From positions 4,200,001-4,232,000 of the forward strand of contig NC_010628.1 of assembly GCF_000020025.1 (NCBI RefSeq): DNA of 32,000 bases, read 5' to 3'. The notes beneath the pieces are model-generated. The model did not search any database and had not been told where the DNA came from. It was given only the letters and a program-made list of their open reading frames with translations. The position numbers and the translations under genes were made by a program. Below, piece by piece: positions 27,152 to 32,000 of this stretch. Positions within the stretch are counted from its first letter, which is position 1, and each line of letters opens with the position of its first letter. The stretch is from Nostoc punctiforme PCC 73102 (GTDB taxonomy: Bacteria > Cyanobacteriota > Cyanobacteriia > Cyanobacteriales > Nostocaceae).

Positions 27152-27880
27152 ATGTCACAATCTATCAACATTACCAACGAAGACATTCTACACCAAGTTA
27201 AGTTATCTTGTAAAATTCCTGAGATAGTTGAGCAGATTATTACCCGTAAGCTAATCATAGCGGCTGCTGAAGAAGCTGGAATAAAAGTAGAGGTTGAGGA
27301 ACTTCAGAAAGCAGCAGACCAAATACGGTTAGTTAATAAACTCGATAGTGCCGATCGTACTTGGCAATGGTTAGAGAAACATAGTTTGTCCTTAGATGAT
27401 TTTGAAGAAATTGCTTACTTAAATCTCATATCTGGAAAATTAACTAATCATCTTTTTGCTGATAAGGTTGAACCCTATTTCATTGAGAACCAACTAGATT
27501 ATGTTGGTGTGGTGATGTATGAAGTTGTTCTAGATGACGAAGATTTAGCCCTAGAACTCTTCTATGCGATTAAGGAAGGTGAAATGAGTTTCTATGATGT
27601 AGCTCACAAATTTATTCAGGATACTGAGTTACGCCGAAAAGGGGGATATTTAGGGATAGTGCGCCGCAAAGATTTAAAACCAGAGATTTCTGCTGCTGTT
27701 TTTAGTGCTAAACCGCCACAGGTTATTAAACCAATTGTAACATCTAAGGGAATACATTTGATTTTAGTAGAGGAATTAATTCAACCAGACCTAAATGAGA
27801 AACTTCGCACAAATATCATTTTTAACTTATTCTCTCACTGGCTTAATCAACAAATTGCACAATCTGAAACAAGTAAGTAA
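27152..27880 (+). CDS. Parvulin-type peptidyl-prolyl cis-trans isomerase with a SurA-like N-terminal helical domain
   Basis: The C-terminal GGYLGIVRRKDLKPEISAAVFSAKPPQVIKPIVTSKGIHLILVEE is a PpiC/parvulin pattern. There is no clear signal peptide from Met 27152. The alternative ATG at 27101 adds MLSYLILILLTKFRINI. Confidence 0.75.
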   Translation: MSQSINITNEDILHQVKLSCKIPEIVEQIITRKLIIAAAEEAGIKVEVEELQKAADQIRLVNKLDSADRTWQWLEKHSLSLDDFEEIAYLNLISGKLTNHLFADKVEPYFIENQLDYVGVVMYEVVLDDEDLALELFYAIKEGEMSFYDVAHKFIQDTELRRKGGYLGIVRRKDLKPEISAAVFSAKPPQVIKPIVTSKGIHLILVEELIQPDLNEKLRTNIIFNLFSHWLNQQIAQSETSK

Positions 27881-27934
27881 AACTAATTACATATTAAGGT
27901 ATTTGATATTTATTAGCATTGGGTTGGTGGTATA

Positions 27935-27943
27935 GGCCCAGAC
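27935..27943. repeat. Left copy of the 9-bp target-site duplication GGCCCAGAC
   Basis: It lies immediately outside the left IR and is identical to 30144-30152. Confidence 0.8.
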
Positions 27944-28102
27944 CATCAGTGAGAGGTTAGAGTGATTGCACTTTTGTCAAGAGGGTGCAGGAAAAGGAGA
28001 TAAATCCAGCTTGGAGATTGGTTTTCGCAGGGCTTTAACTACTCCTAAATCTTGATTTTCTTTGGCAGCAAAGTACTTAATAGGGTCATCCGCTTTACCT
28101 TT

Positions 28103-29338
28103 GTGATAGGGGGTGCATCCCAGTTTTTATTATTCCAAAACAAATAAATAACAGGGAAGGATTGTTACAGAAAACGGAAGTCAGGAAGTAAGGGGATATC
28201 AGGAAGGGATAATAAAGTCATCAAGACTAGGTGTATCAATGACTCCTGAAGAAGAACAACAGATAAAAGAATATTCTCGTGCAATAGCAAAGATACTGTA
28301 CAAAAGTACTACGGGTGAGCAACTCACAAGTTTGGCAAAAATAGAAGAAGTAGTACGCTCTCAAATGCGGAAGCATGTAATGCCAGAAGTAGGGTTTTTT
28401 TATCGAAAATGCCGCAGGAGAAAGCAGAGGATACAAACGAAAAATAAAAAGTATTATTGGAGAACTGCCAATTACAAACTCTCAAGCACAAAAGCTAGAA
28501 ATTAGACCCCATAATCAATTGAGTCCATATTTAGAAGCTTGTTGCTTACGAATCAGCGCGTCGGTATCGTATCAACGTGCGGCAGAAGATATTGAATATT
28601 TAACTGGTGTAGAAGTATCAAAAAGTGTGCAGCAACGATTAGTGCATCGTCAAAATTTTGAATTACCGCAAGTAGAATCAACTGTGGAAGAATTGAGTGT
28701 GGATGGAGGAAATATACGCATTCGTACAATCAAGGGACAAGTCTGTGATTGGAAGGGTTATAAAGCTACCTGCTTACATGAAAAACAAGCTATTGCTGCC
28801 TCATTTCAAGAAAATAGTCTTGTAATTGATTGGGTCAAAAGCCAATCAATTGCTCCTATCTTGACCTGTCTTGGCGATGGCCATGACGGTATTTGGAATA
28901 TTGTCCGCGATTTTGCTCCCGAACACCAGCGTCGGGAAGTACTTGATTGGTTTCATCTGATGGAAAACCTACACAAGATTGGCGGTTCTAATCAACGGCT
29001 CAATCAGGCTAAAATCCTTCTCTGGCAAGGAAAAGTTGATGATGCTATCGCTGTCTTTGCTGACTGTCAGCTAAAACAAGCTTTTAATTTCTGTACTTAT
29101 CTTGAGAAACATCGACACCGGATTGTCAATTACCAATATTATCAAGCAGAACAAATCTGTTCCATTGGTTCTGGTGCTATTGAGTCTACTGTCAAACAGA
29201 TTGACCGTCGAACCAAAATTTCTGGCGCACAATGGAAATCTGATAACGTTCCTCAAGTCTTAGCTCAACGCCAGAGCTTATCTCAATGGATTAATCTTTG
29301 CTCACTAAATAAAAACTGGGATGCTCCCTGTCATAGGC
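28103..29338 (+). mobile_element. Possible inner element carrying the ISKra4-like transposase (boundaries approximate)
   Basis: Inverted repeat with a perfect 17-bp core: GCATCCCAGTTTTTATT (28115-28131) and AATAAAAACTGGGATGC (29308-29324). Weaker matches extend outward. No target duplication is seen. Confidence 0.35.
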
Positions 29339-29346
29339 GACACTAA
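28239..29346 (+). pseudogene. ISKra4-family-like transposase gene split by a single frameshift in a T7 run
   Basis: ORFs 28239-28505 and 28519-29346 join into one frame if one T is removed from TTTTTTT at 28395-28401. The joined frame reads ...MPEVGFFIENAAGESRGYKRKIKSIIGELPITNSQAQKLEIRPHNQLSPYLEACCL.... Downstream motifs (LTCLGDGHDGIWNI, DWFHLMENLHK, SIGSGAIESTVKQI, KISGAQW) match my memory of cyanobacterial ISKra4-family transposases. Confidence 0.65.
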
Positions 29347-29864
29347 AATGGTACAAGCCACGAAAAATCATCTCTAAAGAAATGCGGTCAAATGGTAAAG
29401 CTAATTCATCAGCTATCCAAAGTCGTTCAAAATTAAGTAGTGCGAACTTAATGCTATCAGGCAGTGGTCGCTTAAGCCGTTGCTGCCAATTCAGTTGTAA
29501 CTGAGGTAGTAAATCTTTAAAGACCCGCTCAAATAATTCAGCAGGGAAAACTAAAAATCTTTCTGACAAAGACTGTTGAGCAACTTTAGTAACAGGACAC
29601 CATAATAAACCTTCTCATGCTAACAGACGATTCAACTCTTGAACGCCAGGAACTTGTCGCCACAACAGTGTTAATATTGCTGCTACCATTAAAGATAAAT
29701 TGAGAACTCTGTCTCGTAATCCTAACTGTTTATAATATTTTTGTTGGGCAAAAACTGCTGGGGTTAAATATTGCTTCTAAGTGTTTAGCGATCGCTTCAT
29801 TATCTATAGTAGGAGTATTATGTCGGTGTGGGTAGTCAGAGTTTTGTTTTGGTCGCTTGGGCAT
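29339..29864 (-). pseudogene. 5' portion of a DDE transposase gene (IS4-superfamily-like) with a frameshift, an in-frame TGA and a 3' truncation
   Basis: The minus strand reads MPKRPKQNSDYPHRHNTPTIDNEAIAKHLEA, then a frameshift in a T-run. It continues LTPAVFAQQKYYKQLGLRDRVLNLSLMVAAILTLLWRQVPGVQELNRLLA*EGLLWCPVTKVAQQSLSERFLVFPAELFERVFKDLLPQLQLNWQQRLKRPLPDSIKFALLNFERLWIAD.... No catalytic DDE region follows. The family assignment is from memory. Confidence 0.5.
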
Positions 29865-30143
29865 GGTGGTAAACCAAACTTTTCATTACCTCGTTTAATA
29901 ATTGAATTTACACAACAATGTTGCCCGCTTCTTGCTTTAGTTTTTTGTCGTTACAATACTTTTTCTTACCTTATTTAAGTTATCAATTACCTTCAAGATA
30001 ATGATAATCAAATAGTGGGGGAGGAGGCAAGCTTCTCTTGCCTTCTCCCCCTCTCCCCATACACGATTATCATTCTTATTAAGACTATTTTGAGTATTTT
30101 AGCTGATTGACAAAAGGCGCTTTATTCTAACCTCTTACGGATG

Positions 30144-30152
30144 GGCCCAGAC
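30144..30152. repeat. Right copy of the 9-bp target-site duplication GGCCCAGAC
   Basis: It lies immediately outside the right IR and is identical to 27935-27943. Confidence 0.8.
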
Positions 30153-30463
30153 TAGTTTTTGCGTAATGCTTCAAGAGAGTACAAAATTAATAACCTAAGT
30201 TGCTAGCGATCGCAAAGTACTTTTTTTAAGTACAAAACTTAATTCTTAGTATCTAAACACTACTTAAAAAATAGCTTTTGATACAAAATTAATACTGTTT
30301 ATAGGTACTAACTAGCAACTTATGTTAATAGTGTTTGAGGCAGTATAAGACTTATATTTGATTTTTGAGAAACTAAGCTGCCTAGAAGCTTGACACATCA
30401 AGCTTTCCTTGTGAGTATAATGAGGAAAATGTAAGATTCCTACGTTAGTGGCTAACTAACAAC

Positions 30464-30703
30464 TTAGTCAAGTCCCAAAGTTGCTAGTGTTATTGTTTTT
30501 ATTGTCAAGATAGCTGTTGTTTCTGTTGTTGGTATAGCTGTTGTTGTTGTAGCCGTTACTGTTGTTACTGTTATTATTGTTGAATTGAGTCCACCCTGAA
30601 TGCTGAGAGCATCACTTTCAGACAATTGGTCCAAATAGCTTTCGGAATCATCAAATAATTCACTGCCAGTAACGGATAGATTATCAATTTTTATTGTACT
30701 CAT
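30464..30703 (-). CDS. Double-glycine-leader peptide precursor with a 41-aa threonine-rich core
   Basis: Strong RBS (AAGGAGA, 7 nt upstream). The leader MSTIKIDNLSVTGSELFDDSESYLDQLSESDALSIQGG has hydrophobic residues at -4, -12 and -15. The core is LNSTIITVTTVTATTTTAIPTTETTAILTIKTITLATLGLD. Confidence 0.8.
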   Translation of the reverse strand: MSTIKIDNLSVTGSELFDDSESYLDQLSESDALSIQGGLNSTIITVTTVTATTTTAIPTTETTAILTIKTITLATLGLD

Positions 30704-31115
30704 TGCTTTATCTCCTTTGAAGAATTATTCAGGTTGCATAGGTATTAATTGCTGTATTTACCAATACTTACCTGAAAATATCTATATCTTAAAAGTTAAG
30801 ATTAGCAAATTCAATTTACAAAATTACTTTTTGATGACATAATTATTTCATTATTAGCTTAATTTTAAATATAAAAAAAGTTTTTAGACAAATTGAAGAG
30901 TTTGCTTTTAATATAAGACATTAACAAGGCTCATCTCTATTATTATGGGTAAAATAATCTAGGAGAAATCCAATTATAAAATTATAGTATATTAAAAAGA
31001 GACAAAACTAATTCATTTATGCGATCGCAAATTTTAAATCTGAGCAAAAACTAGAAAAAAATCAGCCCAAAATCCCTCTTGGACTGAACGATAAAAATTT
31101 AGATTTTGACTTTGT

Positions 31116-31304
31116 TCAAAGTAGTTCACTGTTTGAATTCGCTTCTTTCTGCTCAATATGTTGGCTCTGTTGTTGGCGACCTAGATATGAATCTTTATCG
31201 TTCTTACCTACAATGTATCCAAAGGCTGCACTTCCAATAGCTAGGAACAACAGTAGAACAATGCCTTCGTAACCATTGGGTTGATAAACAGGAGGCTGAC
31301 TCAT
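31116..31304 (-). CDS. 62-aa single-TM protein: leaderless paralog of the neighbouring precursor core (candidate immunity or partner protein)
   Basis: MSQPPVYQPNGYEGIVLLLFLAIGSAAFGYIVGKNDKDSYLGRQQQSQHIEQKEANSNSELL. The segment GSAAFGYIVGKNDK aligns with ASAALGYAVGRNDR of the 63-aa precursor. The RBS is weak. Confidence 0.55.
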   Translation of the reverse strand: MSQPPVYQPNGYEGIVLLLFLAIGSAAFGYIVGKNDKDSYLGRQQQSQHIEQKEANSNSELL

Positions 31305-31434
31305 AAATTAATTTCCCGTTAATACAACTAAAAATTTACCTTAAATGCAGAGTGAAGGACATGAGTATTAAGACTAAGCCCTTCACTAAATGAACTGAAA
31401 ATTTTTGAATGATCTACAGAGGGATTATAGCTTA

Positions 31435-31626
31435 CTAGCGATCGTTACGACCCACTGCATATCCTAGTGCAGCAGAAGCTAAACCAAGGCTGATAAGTGC
31501 AAAAATGGTGAAACCACCATGAGATGATCCTGCTTGTTCATCAGATAGCTCGTTGAGAAAGCTTTCCTGATCTATAAAAAGAGATGAACCGGCTGGTTTA
31601 ATGTCGCTAATACAAATGGTTGCCAT
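31435..31626 (-). CDS. Double-glycine-leader peptide precursor with a 25-aa hydrophobic core
   Basis: AAGGAAA RBS upstream. Leader MATICISDIKPAGSSLFIDQESFLNELSDEQAGSSHGG and core FTIFALISLGLASAALGYAVGRNDR. Confidence 0.8.
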   Translation of the reverse strand: MATICISDIKPAGSSLFIDQESFLNELSDEQAGSSHGGFTIFALISLGLASAALGYAVGRNDR

Positions 31627-31676
31627 GATTGAATTTCCTTTTATTTCAATTAAGCGAAAAGTGGTTTTTGCTGATT

Positions 31677-31714
31677 GCTAAACCTACATATATATAGGAA
31701 ATAATGTAGGTTTA
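31677..31714. terminator. Perfect 12-bp-stem hairpin between two precursor genes
   Basis: CTAAACCTACAT (31677-31688) pairs with ATGTAGGTTTAG (31703-31714) around a 14-nt loop. No adjacent U-run, so it may be a partial terminator or an RNA-processing/stability element. Confidence 0.35.
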
Positions 31715-31799
31715 GAATAGTCTTGCTAAATCAATCAGACTTTTTAAACTACATACAAATGCTTCTTAACCTGTTCAAAATATTTAGAACAAGCAGAGT

Positions 31800-32000
31800 T
31801 TAGTAGTAGCGACCTTTAATGTAGGAAGCAACAAAAGTAACACCAACAACAGTAAGACCAATGCTTAAACAAGCTCCACTACTAGCTGTAGTGATAACTG
31901 TCCAAATAGCACCACCTTGATTACCTAATTCATCTTCAGTTAAAGACATCAGATAGCTTTCTTGATCGGCAAACAAATCGTAACCGGCTGGGCGTAAATC
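31800..32000 (-). CDS. Third double-glycine-leader peptide precursor, 5'-truncated by the window edge
   Basis: Not in the ORF track. The minus strand from 32000 reads DLRPAGYDLFADQESYLMSLTEDELGNQGG followed by the core AIWTVITTASSGACLSIGLTVVGVTFVASYIKGRYY*, with the stop at 31800-31802. The leader is homologous to the other two. Confidence 0.75.
   Translation of the reverse strand, partial: DLRPAGYDLFADQESYLMSLTEDELGNQGGAIWTVITTASSGACLSIGLTVVGVTFVASYIKGRYY

Larger units (their letters stand above)
27944..30143. mobile_element. 2.2-kb nested/decayed IS insertion (ISKra4-like and IS4-like transposase remnants) with imperfect terminal IRs and a perfect 9-bp target-site duplication
   Basis: The left end CATCAGTGAGAGGTTAGAGTGATTGCACTTTTGTCAA matches the reverse complement of the right end CATCCGTAAGAGGTTAGAATAAAGCGCCTTTTGTCAA. 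GGCCCAGAC abuts both ends directly. Which transposase family owns the outer ends cannot be decided here. Confidence 0.75.

Noticed and set aside
28236-28436. 66-aa minus-strand ORF.
   Set aside because: It is antisense to the 5' part of the ISKra4-like transposase gene, so it is a shadow ORF.
789-29256. Many 60-116-aa ORFs in the track lie inside or antisense to long, well-supported genes. Examples are 789-1007, 1502-1774, 5393-5656, 5418-5660, 6800-7015, 7081-7293, 7142-7405, 7856-8095, 7916-8170, 8727-8918, 14400-14636, 14927-15151, 15737-15964, 16952-17296, 17311-17661, 18929-19189, 19696-19945, 20158-20343, 22651-22842, 23271-23930, 26483-26692 and 29071-29256.
   Set aside because: They are shadow ORFs. 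They have no RBS, no recognisable motifs and low-complexity or odd composition, and each is fully overlapped by a gene with clear family signatures.
29781-29978. 65-aa plus-strand ORF.
   Set aside because: It lies antisense to the start and upstream region of the IS4-like transposase remnant, within IS sequence, and nothing supports it.
30001-30075. G/C-rich palindrome (GGGGGAGGAGGCAAG...CTTGCCTTCTCCCCC, with outer ATGATAATC/GATTATCAT arms).
   Set aside because: It sits inside the IS between the transposase start and the right IR. It is most simply part of the IS leader structure, so I did not treat it as an independent host feature.
30490-30600. GTT/GCT-rich quasi-tandem DNA. I considered it as a microsatellite, or as a plus-strand poly-Val ORF.
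   Set aside because: The plus-strand frame has no start codon after its upstream stop. The minus-strand frame has a strong RBS and a GG leader, and the repetitiveness is explained by Thr codons.
1-32000. CRISPR arrays, tRNA and rRNA genes.
   Set aside because: By eye I saw no regularly spaced direct repeats with unique spacers and no tRNA-like or rRNA-like conserved blocks. The by-eye scan is not exhaustive for small RNAs.

Overview
The window looks cyanobacterial and Nostocales-like: it is AT-rich, carries many HIP1 GCGATCGC octamers, has devB/devC-family genes, and contains Nostoc-type palindromic repeats. It reads as an accessory region of four blocks separated by mobile-DNA scars.

(1) 1-10.5 kb is the tail of a PKS/NRPS-type biosynthetic cluster. 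It starts with the last carrier-protein domain of an upstream megasynthase. Next comes a 620-aa protein with a TubC-type N-terminal docking domain and an otherwise unrecognisable body. Then follow an SDR, a translationally coupled FAD/ALO oxidase + SDR pair (DprE1/DprE2-like), an extended NAD-epimerase/dehydratase, a GMC oxidoreductase, a GT4 glycosyltransferase and a SAM methyltransferase. This set suggests a glycosylated polyketide or lipid product.

(2) 10.8-20.6 kb holds an SBBP beta-propeller/RTX secreted protein and a devB-devC pair with no devA ATPase. It also holds a convergent GNAT-like gene and a 609-aa secreted protein of unknown function that is richer in G+C. The roughly 140-bp 3' end of that 609-aa gene is duplicated 7 kb upstream.

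(3) 20.7-21.8 kb holds an IS4 N-terminal remnant. It abuts an 822-bp element made only of a serine recombinase gene, a res-like site and 39-bp terminal inverted repeats.

(4) 22-32 kb is the most interesting part, a double-glycine peptide export locus. It contains an HTH gene, a cNMP-binding/C39-peptidase/ABC exporter, HlyD and a parvulin PPIase. A 2.2-kb nested IS insertion with a perfect 9-bp target duplication interrupts the locus. Beyond the IS, on the opposite strand, lie at least three GG-leader precursor genes; one is cut by the window edge and is absent from the ORF track. One precursor has a core that is 41% threonine. A leaderless paralog of another precursor core sits among them.

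I saw no rRNA, tRNA or CRISPR array.
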